DNA from: a virus
Taxonomy: Duplodnaviria > Caudoviricetes
IMG/VR virus record: IMGVR_UViG_3300033513_000032
Location: 1-37,820 of that record
Reading direction: 5' to 3' (one strand)
DNA length: 37,820 nt
A program made the position numbers and the translations under genes. Position 1 is the stretch's first letter, and each line of letters starts with the position of its first letter. The notes under the pieces are model-generated. The model worked only from the letters and a program-made list of their open reading frames with translations. It was not told the origin of the DNA and did not search any database. Shown here piece after piece: positions 8,575 through 17,124 of this stretch.

Positions 8575-9026
8575 TTCATTACCGCCATCTTGAGCGCGAA
8601 GGATGAACCGCCCCGGTTCAATTTCGCCCGCTGGATGATCTTCCATTTCGTGACCGGGTAGAACGCATAATCGTGCCCGTACTTGGTCGTCGGATCGAAC
8701 AGGTCGCACGTTCGCAAATCGAACCGCCAGTAATGCGTCGGGTCGCGGTACGAGTTGGCGCTGTTCCAATACGGCAACTTCATGTGCAAGGTCCCGTTTT
8801 TGCGCAGGATGCGCCAGCACTCATTCACCGACTCGATCAGGTTGATCCGCAGATGCTCCAGCACCGCGCAGGCCACGATCATGTCGAACGACTCGTCGGC
8901 CCATGGCCACGGCAAATCGTTCAAGTCCCAGACGACGTCAATCTCCGGCCGATGCTTGACTCGGTCATGTTGAACCGCACCTGCAACCAGTTTGTTGCCC
9001 GCGCCCAAATTCAAAATATCCATCAT
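8571..9026 (-). CDS. Class I SAM-dependent methyltransferase (type 11-like)
   Basis: ILNLGAG motif I, WPWADESFDMIVACAVLEHL, ECWRILRKNG and DPTH. Confidence 0.88.
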   Translation of the reverse strand: MMDILNLGAGNKLVAGAVQHDRVKHRPEIDVVWDLNDLPWPWADESFDMIVACAVLEHLRINLIESVNECWRILRKNGTLHMKLPYWNSANSYRDPTHYWRFDLRTCDLFDPTTKYGHDYAFYPVTKWKIIQRAKLNRGGSSFALKMAVMK

Positions 9027-9661
9027 CGCTCCAGGCCATGGTCCAATGCCAAAATGACAACTCCCCCGCTCCAGCGTCCACTGCAGGTCCGTGGCGACAT
9101 CGCCATCGCTTCATCCATTGGGCATTCGGCCCACTCGCCTTTTCCCATGAAGCGCATAAACCACAGCCTGTCAGCTCCGGTGGTTCCACATCTCAGTGCC
9201 GCATCCAAAATCGGGTTGTAACCCGTCGGCGCAGTCACAAGTGCCTGGCCGCCCTCCGATAAAAAGCTCCTGAATCTCCCCAGTACCATCGCCGGATGGA
9301 TGCGCCGCCCGTCTACAGCATATCGCCCGAATCCGATGTGCTCGATAGTGGAAATGCTCACCAGCGTATCCACCATCTTTTTCGGCCTCCAGGTCATCAC
9401 GTCGGCGTTGATCGCGCCCCGCTCGCGCAGATCAACGACCGGCCAGGTGCACGGCCCATAGTGCGCGAGCACGTTTCCAATTTCGAGCATTCGACCAGGA
9501 TGACGCGACATGAACCACCGCGCGATGGGGATCTCGACGCGGCGCATGTTGAGCGCCGTGTGGTTGTAGCGATGGTCAAAATAATCAAGCCATTGGCCAT
9601 TCCACAAAAATGTCATCTTTTTGGTGCGTGTTCCCGCTCCCATCGTTTCACCGCCGCCCAT
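9023..9661 (-). CDS. Putative SAM-dependent methyltransferase-fold protein
   Basis: MLEIGNV and DTLVSISTIEHIG..LSEGG; start uncertain. Confidence 0.7.
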   Translation of the reverse strand: MGGGETMGAGTRTKKMTFLWNGQWLDYFDHRYNHTALNMRRVEIPIARWFMSRHPGRMLEIGNVLAHYGPCTWPVVDLRERGAINADVMTWRPKKMVDTLVSISTIEHIGFGRYAVDGRRIHPAMVLGRFRSFLSEGGQALVTAPTGYNPILDAALRCGTTGADRLWFMRFMGKGEWAECPMDEAMAMSPRTCSGRWSGGVVILALDHGLER

Positions 9662-11316
9662 GCCTCGGCCCCATCAATCCGCCCCTGGATCGCGCCCTCC
9701 CACCGGCGCGCATCGCCCGGATAGTGCATCAGTCCCGCCGTCACGATCCCCCGACAATATTTGTCGAAGGTGTTCCACTCGTTGCCGAGCCACCAGACCT
9801 TCAGCGGGTCCGCGTACAGCGCTCGCAGCAGCGCGCCCTGATCGCGCTGGGCGTGCCTCTCCCACTCGACCTGCCACCGGTGAAAGAATGCCGCGACCCG
9901 GTCATTCCGCGCAAACGCCCACACACCGCCATTGATCTGCAGCGTGTGCAGCGTGTGCACCGCTTCCTTGATCTCGGCCAGCTCGCGGTGATTATTCTTG
10001 CGCTTGAAGGCGTGCATCGTGTCCATCAAATGCGGATCCTTGCAGATCACAAATTCCCACCCATCCTCGATCCACTGGAAATACTGGTAGATCGGCGCGA
10101 CGACTTTCGTATCGGCATCGAGGTACAGCACCGCTTTCCACTCTGCCGGGCTCAGCTCGTAGGCTTTCAGTTTCGCCCGACGCCCGCCGACGTCGCTGTC
10201 CGGCTGCTTGATCAGCAGGTCCTCCGGCCCGATCTTGGAGGCAGCGCACAGGCAGATCGGGATGTCCGGCATGTGCGCCTTCGCGCTCCTCATCAGACGC
10301 AGCGCGCACTTGCGCGCCGGATCTCCGAATGCCACCACATAGATTCCCCGCGCACTGCCCGTGCTGCGCTCGACGGGTTGAGTGATTTTCAATGCGCCCA
10401 CCTCCACCTCCGGCGTGTCCTTCGCCTCGATGCCGGCATCCAATGTGGCATGATCCCCGAACGCCTGTTCGAATCCTCGCGCATGATCGTCGCAGAATGC
10501 CTGCACGCTATAACGTTCCGTCGCCGCCCGCAGCGCCTCCCGGTCCGCCGGCAGCGCTAGCGCCGACTCGAGTGCGCCGATCAGGCTCGGCAGATTGCCG
10601 CGCTCATAGCGGTGAATCCCCGCCGAATCCGGCAGCTCGTCCAGGATGCCGACGTGCTTCGGGATCACCACTCGCACGCCGCACGCCAGCGCCTCGAGCA
10701 CCGGCATCGGCCCGCCCTCGACTCGGCTCGGGCACACCAACACGTCGAGGCTCTGGTAAAACTTGGGCATGTCCTGCCAGTTGTAGCGGTGCGTCGGCAC
10801 TGGCCACCCGCGCCCGCTCGCCATCCACTCCACGCGCTGGCCGGCTTTGGATTTCAGCAGGCCGTTCACCAGGTCGTCGCCCTTGCGATGGTTCTTATAC
10901 GTGTACCCGCTGAACCCGACGATCGGCCGCTTGCATTTGGGATGATTGGCGATGATGAAGCGGTCCCGCTCCAGCGGCAGCGGCGGTTGGATCGTCGGCC
11001 CGAGCTTGCTCAGTTGCTCTCCGTATAGCCTGCACATCGCCACCCGCAACTGCACCGCCCTGGCCACTTTGTCGAACAGCTTCGCCTTGTCGTTCCCGGG
11101 CGGCTCCTCTTCCCGGTGCGTGAAATACGATGCTACCGGAATCTCGGGCCAGGTCCCCAGCAGTTGGACCTCGAAATAGCCCATCAGGTAGATGACGTCG
11201 CATTTCATGTTTGGTGCTGCGGTCAACGTCCAGCCGAGCCCGGCCGCCAGGTACCGCGCAAAGCGCGGCAGCACCCGGTCATCCTTGTAGTTCCGGCACA
11301 CGACGTTGACCTTCAC
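9613..11316 (-). CDS. Two-domain glycosyltransferase (GT4-like GT-B plus GT8-like GT-A)
   Basis: DVLVCPSRVEGGPMPVLEALACG (E-x7-E) in the N-half; VLYLDADT (DxD), INGGV and DQ..L in the C-half. Confidence 0.88.
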   Translation of the reverse strand: MKVNVVCRNYKDDRVLPRFARYLAAGLGWTLTAAPNMKCDVIYLMGYFEVQLLGTWPEIPVASYFTHREEEPPGNDKAKLFDKVARAVQLRVAMCRLYGEQLSKLGPTIQPPLPLERDRFIIANHPKCKRPIVGFSGYTYKNHRKGDDLVNGLLKSKAGQRVEWMASGRGWPVPTHRYNWQDMPKFYQSLDVLVCPSRVEGGPMPVLEALACGVRVVIPKHVGILDELPDSAGIHRYERGNLPSLIGALESALALPADREALRAATERYSVQAFCDDHARGFEQAFGDHATLDAGIEAKDTPEVEVGALKITQPVERSTGSARGIYVVAFGDPARKCALRLMRSAKAHMPDIPICLCAASKIGPEDLLIKQPDSDVGGRRAKLKAYELSPAEWKAVLYLDADTKVVAPIYQYFQWIEDGWEFVICKDPHLMDTMHAFKRKNNHRELAEIKEAVHTLHTLQINGGVWAFARNDRVAAFFHRWQVEWERHAQRDQGALLRALYADPLKVWWLGNEWNTFDKYCRGIVTAGLMHYPGDARRWEGAIQGRIDGAEAWAAVKRWEREHAPKR

Positions 11317-11400
11317 TCCGGTGACCTTTTCCGATGCAAATCCTGAATCAGCTACGATTAGAACAGATTAGAACACCAGATTAGAGTTTTGCTGTATCTA

Positions 11401-11440
11401 TTGACAAGTGCAGTACATTGTGATACAATGTAATCACAAT
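11401..11440 (+). promoter_or_regulatory. Sigma70-type promoter with overlapping operator-like inverted repeats
   Basis: TTGACA(11401)-17-TACAAT(11424); IRs TACATTGT-gat-ACAATGTA and ATTGTGAT-N8-ATCACAAT. Confidence 0.82.
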
Positions 11441-11455
11441 ACGGTAACGAGGCGA

Positions 11456-11848
11456 ATGATGGAACGCAAAATGTACGAAGCGACCGAAAAACAAAATCGC
11501 AAATGGGGTGCAACCGGACGCGATCTAGTCGCTGGAATGCCAACCAACGACGAGTTCAAGGCCATGTGGAAAAAGGCGCATGGCGGCAAAGTCGTCGGCT
11601 GGGGCCTGAAAAAGCGTGACTGGATCGTCAGCAACCTGGCCTGCACGCGCGAATACGAAACGGGACTCTGGCAGGCGCGCGTGGATGCGCTGAATGGCCT
11701 CGATTATCAAACTCCCCTCTCGGATGACGACGGCGAGAACATCAACGCCTACAACCTCGGTTACTATCGCGGGTACACCGAGTTCCCGAAACTCGCCCGC
11801 GAAATGGGTGCGGCCTACACCGCATTTGTTCAAAAATATCAGAACTAG
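11456..11848 (+). CDS. Hypothetical protein (cassette gene 1)
   Basis: GAGG RBS before the ATG, downstream of the promoter; about 130 aa. Confidence 0.72.
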   Translation: MMERKMYEATEKQNRKWGATGRDLVAGMPTNDEFKAMWKKAHGGKVVGWGLKKRDWIVSNLACTREYETGLWQARVDALNGLDYQTPLSDDDGENINAYNLGYYRGYTEFPKLAREMGAAYTAFVQKYQN

Positions 11849-11860
11849 CTAGGAGGAACG

Positions 11861-12208
11861 ATGGAACTGCAACACATGACGATGACGGACGGGTACGTTG
11901 GCTCGATGGGCAAAACATGGGAAATGCCAACGGCAGACGACCTCGAAAAAGCCATCACCGGTGCGATAGAGATCGAGGGAAAGACCAGAGAGCAGATTGT
12001 TACCATCCTGGAATCTGGCGGCTCCGTCAAGTGGTGTAGGTCCCCCAACTTTTACTATGACCATTCCTATGGAGTGATCGGGCGCAAGAAAACCGCGCGC
12101 CCTGTCAAGATGGTCATGTGTGATTGTGGCCATGAGGTTCCAGAGGGCCAGCGCATGATGGCGAATCTGGGTACATCCTGCACGGACTGCTACAACCGGA
12201 TGAGTTGA
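11861..12208 (+). CDS. Hypothetical protein with C-terminal Zn ribbon (cassette gene 2)
   Basis: AGGAGG RBS; CDCG...CTDC. Confidence 0.78.
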   Translation: MELQHMTMTDGYVGSMGKTWEMPTADDLEKAITGAIEIEGKTREQIVTILESGGSVKWCRSPNFYYDHSYGVIGRKKTARPVKMVMCDCGHEVPEGQRMMANLGTSCTDCYNRMS

Positions 12209-12221
12209 TTAGGAGGATGAT

Positions 12222-12587
12222 GTGCCACGCGAACTATTGACCGCAGCCCTACCCGCCGTTCGCTGCACCGAGAGCGAGCGCGCCGACATTGAGGCCCGCG
12301 CCGAACAGGCCGGCGTCGGACTAGCCGATTACATCAGGTCTGTTTTGTTTCCTACTCGGAGGCATGGAATGAGAGACAAACAGCATTATCTCAACCTGCT
12401 CGATCAGAATCCAGACGCTCAGGTTGGTTTCACTCTCGCCGCCGCCGCCGTTTATGCCGCTCGCTATGGTTCGTGTGATCCAGCCGACCATGGCACCAAT
12501 GAATGGCGCGAGATTGCCCGTGATCTCAAATCGCGCTACGGTGAATCGCTGGACGGTGATCAGGTGCGCGCCGAAATGAAATCGTAG
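12222..12587 (+). CDS. Ribbon-helix-helix (MobC-like) DNA-binding protein (cassette gene 3)
   Basis: AGGAGG RBS, GTG start; VRCTESERADIEARAEQAGVGLADYIR is an RHH pattern; the stop lies within the right IR. Confidence 0.72.
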   Translation: MPRELLTAALPAVRCTESERADIEARAEQAGVGLADYIRSVLFPTRRHGMRDKQHYLNLLDQNPDAQVGFTLAAAAVYAARYGSCDPADHGTNEWREIARDLKSRYGESLDGDQVRAEMKS

Positions 12588-12610
12588 CTGATTCAGTTGT
12601 TAATGTTCCG

Positions 12611-12636
12611 GTAGGGGCGACTCTCGTGGTCGCCCC
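12611..12636. repeat. GTAG-type REP-like hairpin GTAGGGGCGACTCTCGTGGTCGCCCC
   Basis: GTAG head plus GGGGCGAC/GTCGCCCC stem between convergent genes; may act as a terminator or RNA stabiliser. Confidence 0.7.
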
Positions 12637-12664
12637 ACTCCTATTCGTTTCCCAATCTGCTAGC

Positions 12665-13942
12665 TTACGCCCACGCGACCTGGCAGAATGCCGTCGGGCG
12701 AATCAGCCCAAAGGCCGCCCGCAGTTCCGCCAGGATCGCCACCAGGTTGCGGATGAACCAGTCCGAGTGGCTGTCCGTCGCGGTGATGGTCGTCTGCTCG
12801 CGATCCCACAGCACCGCCTTGCGCCAGTCTCCCAGGATGCCGGTCCCCTGCGGCACGCTCAAACTCTCCACCACGGGGTATCCCCACAGCATCTTCGGGC
12901 CTGAGTTGAGTGGACCGTTGTAATACAATCGGCCCACCAGGTCCGGCGTCAGCTCGATGTTGGCCCAGTCCACCGGATTGATCACCCAGGCGGTCGGCGT
13001 CGCGCGTCCGTTGACCTGGACGTTGGTGATGGCATTGCGCGCCGTGACGAACACGTTCGTGATGAACGGCTGCACCAGCACGTTCGCCGTGTTGAAGATG
13101 CCGGTAAAGTTCTCGCCCACGCCGTTCCCGTTGACGATCTGGAGCTCCAGCTCCTCCTGCGCGTCGTCGCGCAATTCCTGGTCAATGATCCCCCGGATTT
13201 GCGCCGCGTCGCTCAAGGCCCGCTTGGTCGCGCCCACGTAGACCGCGATCGTCTTCACGGTCTCGTAGACTTTCTCGAAATTCATGTGGCCCTGCGGCTT
13301 CGTGCCGATGATCTCGCCCGTCGCCCCGCTCGGGTACTTGACGTTCGCCTCCGGCACTGGCGCCGCCTCGGTCACCTGGCGCGTCTGCCGCACGAACTCG
13401 ACCGTGTCGCTGGTCGTCGTCCGGCGCGCGACCAGGCTGAGCACGTTCAGCGGATAGCGGCCCAGCGGCTCATAGATCCCGGTGAAATCGGGATTGACGA
13501 ATGCGCCGGCGCTGGTCACGTCGGCCCCGGCGATCAACTGCTTCATCCCGCCGATCTTGATCGGGTTGGACCGCAGCCCCTTCGCGCTATCGGGGATCTT
13601 GCCGTCGGGGAACTGCGCCAGGAATGCCTTGTAGGACTCCGAATTGACGAATTGCTCGCCAATCGTCTGCCCCTTGCCGCCTGGCGCGCCGCCGCCTTGG
13701 CCTTTCGGCTTATCGCCCAGCTCGATACCGGCGCCCAGGTCGAGGATCGCCTGCTTCAAGGCCGCGTCGCCCTGCTTGGCCTTGATCTGATCCCTCAGCT
13801 TCTTGGCCTCTCTCACCAGGCCATCAACCTTCTGCCGTTCATCGGCGGTAAAGTCACGGCCTTCATTCATGGCCAAATCGGTGATAGCCTGAGCCTCATC
13901 GACATCCTTGGCCATCGTTTCATTCATTTCTTGCATGTTCAC
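12665..13942 (-). CDS. Major capsid protein, HK97 fold with N-terminal delta domain
   Basis: Coiled-coil N-term, VKTIAV, ALSDAAQ, WVINPVDW, LWGYPVVES and FIRNLVAILAELR motifs. Confidence 0.95.
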   Translation of the reverse strand: MNMQEMNETMAKDVDEAQAITDLAMNEGRDFTADERQKVDGLVREAKKLRDQIKAKQGDAALKQAILDLGAGIELGDKPKGQGGGAPGGKGQTIGEQFVNSESYKAFLAQFPDGKIPDSAKGLRSNPIKIGGMKQLIAGADVTSAGAFVNPDFTGIYEPLGRYPLNVLSLVARRTTTSDTVEFVRQTRQVTEAAPVPEANVKYPSGATGEIIGTKPQGHMNFEKVYETVKTIAVYVGATKRALSDAAQIRGIIDQELRDDAQEELELQIVNGNGVGENFTGIFNTANVLVQPFITNVFVTARNAITNVQVNGRATPTAWVINPVDWANIELTPDLVGRLYYNGPLNSGPKMLWGYPVVESLSVPQGTGILGDWRKAVLWDREQTTITATDSHSDWFIRNLVAILAELRAAFGLIRPTAFCQVAWA

Positions 13943-14865
13943 TTTTGTACCTCGATTCTGAGTAGGTCTAATTGCGATGCGACCATGCTCGGTGTCGGAT
14001 TCCTGGGCGTGTCGCTCGCGCCGCGTCCGGCGCCACGATCCTGGCCGTGATCGTCAACCGATTTCAAATCTGGCGGGGTCATATCCGCATCGCGTAGATG
14101 CCTCGCCAGGTGATTCCATACTCCCTGCCGGTCAGCGTCGGGGATCGTCGTCCCGCCCCGCCCGCCGTTCAAAACGCCGATGCCCGTGCTGCAGCCTCGC
14201 ACATTCGCCGCGCCCGGCGTCCCATCCCCGGCCACCATGTGATGGATGAACTTGTAGGATGATTTCACCTCCGGATCGCCGTCGGGATTGACCCAGGCGT
14301 GCGTCGCGCGCAAGGCCGCGCGCTCGGAGGGACACCGCGCATCCATCGCCGGCCCGTCCCAGGCCGCATCCGTCGTGTCCGTCGAGTGCGATGGGAGCGC
14401 CGCTTTCACGCCTTTGATGGATTCCGTGTGCGTATCAATCCCCGCGCCCAACATCACGGGCGAAACCTCCGGCACTTCCAGTTCCTTCAGGAATCGCACA
14501 TCTTGATCCTCGAATTGGCCCTGCGAGCTCTGCAAGATCTCGTAACCGTAGGACCACTCTTGCAGGTCGCCCAGATTTTTGACGGTCTGGTAGGTTTCCT
14601 TGCCCGCCTGCGTGTCCATAAAAAATTGACCGTCCACCCACGCCTGCTTGTCGTCCGCGTGGATCACGCCCCGGCCCACCGGCAGATCTTGCCAGCGATG
14701 GCCCCAGTATGAGATCCGCACCGGCGCGCCGTCCTTGAACGCGCGCGGCAGCGTCACGTCGCCGTCCTTGTCAATCACATTCAGCGTGGAAAACACCGCG
14801 CGGAATTCGCCCGGCTGCCCGTCCGCCTTGATCTCCATCGCCGCTCGAAATGTTTTGGTCTTCAT
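13939..14865 (-). CDS. HK97-family prohead protease with C-terminal extension
   Basis: IDKDGDV, WGH, EWSYGY and EVSPVMLGA; extra ~150 aa C-terminal region. Confidence 0.9.
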   Translation of the reverse strand: MKTKTFRAAMEIKADGQPGEFRAVFSTLNVIDKDGDVTLPRAFKDGAPVRISYWGHRWQDLPVGRGVIHADDKQAWVDGQFFMDTQAGKETYQTVKNLGDLQEWSYGYEILQSSQGQFEDQDVRFLKELEVPEVSPVMLGAGIDTHTESIKGVKAALPSHSTDTTDAAWDGPAMDARCPSERAALRATHAWVNPDGDPEVKSSYKFIHHMVAGDGTPGAANVRGCSTGIGVLNGGRGGTTIPDADRQGVWNHLARHLRDADMTPPDLKSVDDHGQDRGAGRGASDTPRNPTPSMVASQLDLLRIEVQK

Positions 14866-16829
14866 GTCTCACTCCTTCCGAATGTGACCGAACAACTGCA
14901 GTTGGCGTTGTCCTCCGCCGTCCCGCGCGGATCGCCCGGCCACATCAGCCCATTCGCAAACAGGTCGCGGATCCCGACCGTCGCCCCGCTCAGCGCCGCG
15001 TGGCTCGGGCGGGGGTTCGCCGAGTTCACGTGCCAGGTCTTGGTCCGCAGTCCGCCCTGCCTGGCCGCATTCATCGTCCCGAAATTCGCCAGCGACGTCG
15101 TTCGCGTCGTCGCGATCTCTGCCGCCCGCACGTCCACCGCCAGCTCGAACACGGATCTCAGCGCATCCAGCGGATCCTCAGCTCTCAGCCCCTCCTGGAT
15201 CTGCGAGCGCGTCGTGTCGTTGACATTTTCCGCCATGATCCGGCTATTCTCGGCCAGCCAGGCGTCCATCTCGCTCGAGTCCAGCTCCGTGCCGAGCTGC
15301 TCCGACACATACCGCGCAAAGTCCTGCGCCGTCGCCGTGCTCAATTTGCGCAAGTCCCCGGTCAGCTCGCTGTTCCATCTCGCGCTGTCCCACAATATGG
15401 CCAGGTCCGGCAGCGCCTTGGCTTTTGCCAGCTTCATCACCGCCTCCCGCTGCCGCTCGAACACCCCCACCATGTGCCGCGTCCACCGCTTGCGCCATTG
15501 CCCGCGCAACTCCGGCTGCGTCGGGTCTACCTCGCCCGCCTTTTTTGTAGAGACGTTCCATGGAACGTCTCTATCCTGAACGTCTCTCGACTTCGGTGGC
15601 ACTGGAGCATTCGGCGATGGCTGCCCGCCCACCATCACGTTCAGCGGCGTCACCAGCCGGTCCGCATCCCCGCCCATGCTCGGCAGATTCATCCGCGATC
15701 GCGCCTCGTCCGCCGTCATCCACGGCCGCCCGACCGCGGACTGCAGCGCCTCCGTCTGCTCCTCGAAGGCGCCCTGTAACTTCTCCGCGATGTTGAACTC
15801 GACGTACACATTCTCGATGTCGCCGAACTCGGGCATCAGTTGCAGCTCGATGTCCTGCTCGATCATGGCCAGCCATGGTCCGAGGCTATCCTGGTACAAA
15901 TTCCGGTGCTGCTCGCGGATGTTGGAAAACGTCGCATTGTCCAAAATGCCGACCATGGGCAATGGGATGTGGTAAGCCCGAGCACACTCTTCCCGCGTCA
16001 GTTTCCTCCCTGCCAGGTATTCTGACTCTTGGGCATTGAATGTGCCCGGGCGCCACGTCATCCCCTCTTCCAGGATCGCCGTCTTGCCGCTGTTGTCTCC
16101 GCCGGCATACAGCGCCTCGAACTCTTCCTTGAATCGCTCGCGGGCGGTCGTGCTCCACTCCGGCGCATCCTTCGGCCGCTCGATGATCCCCGCTTGCCTG
16201 GCCGCGTTCTGCCAGAAATGCTCTCGGTAGTCGCCCGCCGAATGTTCCTCGGCCAGCACCCGCCGCAGTGTCTCGAGCGGTGAAAGTCCAGTGATCGGGT
16301 CCTCGGCGTTATAGCCGCGGAAATGCACGATCTCGCTCGGGGCAAATTCCTTCAGTTGCCCGCTGAATGAAACCTCGTATCGCGTGGGAATGAGATTTCC
16401 GTACACATAAACCAGGGCCGGTGGAAGTCGCAGCAGTCCCATCGGCCCGTCGGCGGTCTTGACCTTGAGCCAGTAGGCATTGAAATAAACGCCCAGGTCG
16501 CCCATCAGCGATTCGATCAGGCGGTAGGAGGTGACCTTATAATCTGCCGGCAGCGGGTGATCGAGCAACTGAGCCAGCGGATGGTCGGTCAGCCGCACAC
16601 GATCGGTGTCCGAAACGCGCCGGAACACGTGCAGCCCGAGCTGCGCGATGTTCCGCGCCAGAAAATCAACGCACGTCCGCACGTTCGGCTGCTGCTTGTA
16701 GAGCGTCGCGTAATCGTAATTGAACTTGTTGTACATCTGCAGCGAGCCATAGCTGATGCGCGGCCACCAACTGGCCCACCACCCGATGTCCAACTCCGTC
16801 AGTGCCCCGACACTTTGAACGACTGCCAT
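14862..16829 (-). CDS. HK97-family portal protein fused to MuF/SPP1 gp7-like minor head domain
   Basis: Start MAVVQS with TGATG overlap (655 aa); EIVHFRG, GLSPLE, ILEEGM, MTADEAR; C-term KTW...RPSH...PGDP...NCSC. Confidence 0.9.
   Translation of the reverse strand: MAVVQSVGALTELDIGWWASWWPRISYGSLQMYNKFNYDYATLYKQQPNVRTCVDFLARNIAQLGLHVFRRVSDTDRVRLTDHPLAQLLDHPLPADYKVTSYRLIESLMGDLGVYFNAYWLKVKTADGPMGLLRLPPALVYVYGNLIPTRYEVSFSGQLKEFAPSEIVHFRGYNAEDPITGLSPLETLRRVLAEEHSAGDYREHFWQNAARQAGIIERPKDAPEWSTTARERFKEEFEALYAGGDNSGKTAILEEGMTWRPGTFNAQESEYLAGRKLTREECARAYHIPLPMVGILDNATFSNIREQHRNLYQDSLGPWLAMIEQDIELQLMPEFGDIENVYVEFNIAEKLQGAFEEQTEALQSAVGRPWMTADEARSRMNLPSMGGDADRLVTPLNVMVGGQPSPNAPVPPKSRDVQDRDVPWNVSTKKAGEVDPTQPELRGQWRKRWTRHMVGVFERQREAVMKLAKAKALPDLAILWDSARWNSELTGDLRKLSTATAQDFARYVSEQLGTELDSSEMDAWLAENSRIMAENVNDTTRSQIQEGLRAEDPLDALRSVFELAVDVRAAEIATTRTTSLANFGTMNAARQGGLRTKTWHVNSANPRPSHAALSGATVGIRDLFANGLMWPGDPRGTAEDNANCSCSVTFGRSET
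15547..15574. repeat. GTAG-type REP-like palindrome inside portal CDS
   Basis: GTAGAGACGTTCCATGGAACGTCTCTA, followed by a partial half repeat GAACGTCTCT; encodes RDVPWNVST in the linker. Confidence 0.8.
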
Positions 16830-17035
16830 CAGTTCACCACCTGGATGAAATCCACGTTCGATGACTCGATCACGATCTCTCCATCGAGCGGGGCAACCTC
16901 GCCTTTTGTTTTCAGCAACTCGGCATTCCGCAGCACCAGGTATCCGCCCGCCCTGCGCCACAGCACCCCGCGAAACGCGCGATCCGTCTTCGTGTTCACG
17001 ATCACCGTCTTCAATGTCGGGTATCTGTCAAACAT
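16829..17035 (-). CDS. Small Sm/LSm-like fold protein
   Basis: VIVNTKTDRAFRGVL..YLVLRNAELL (Sm1-like) and GEIVIESSNVDFIQ (Sm2-like); translationally coupled to the portal gene. Confidence 0.6.
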   Translation of the reverse strand: MFDRYPTLKTVIVNTKTDRAFRGVLWRRAGGYLVLRNAELLKTKGEVAPLDGEIVIESSNVDFIQVVN

Positions 17036-17044
17036 TTCCACCAC

Positions 17045-17087
17045 AAACAAAAAGCGCCCTCTGCGACTTGACCATCGCAGGGGCGCT
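17045..17087 (-). terminator. Intrinsic terminator upstream of head module
   Basis: AGCGCCCCTGCGA...TCGCAGAGGGCGCT followed by TTTTGTTT. Confidence 0.72.
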
Positions 17088-17124
17088 CTGAAAATGAGCG
17101 GTATTCAGTTGTCGGGCGGTAAGC

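Larger units (their letters stand above)
11343..12596 (+). mobile_element. Three-gene cassette (moron or invertible segment) bounded by perfect 17-bp inverted repeats
   Basis: CTGAATCAGCTACGATT at 11343-11359 and its reverse complement at 12580-12596. Has its own promoter and opposes the late operon; no transposase or target duplication. Confidence 0.7.

Noticed and set aside
11343-12596. Autonomous IS or transposon
   Set aside because: No transposase motifs in the three ORFs and no target-site duplication.
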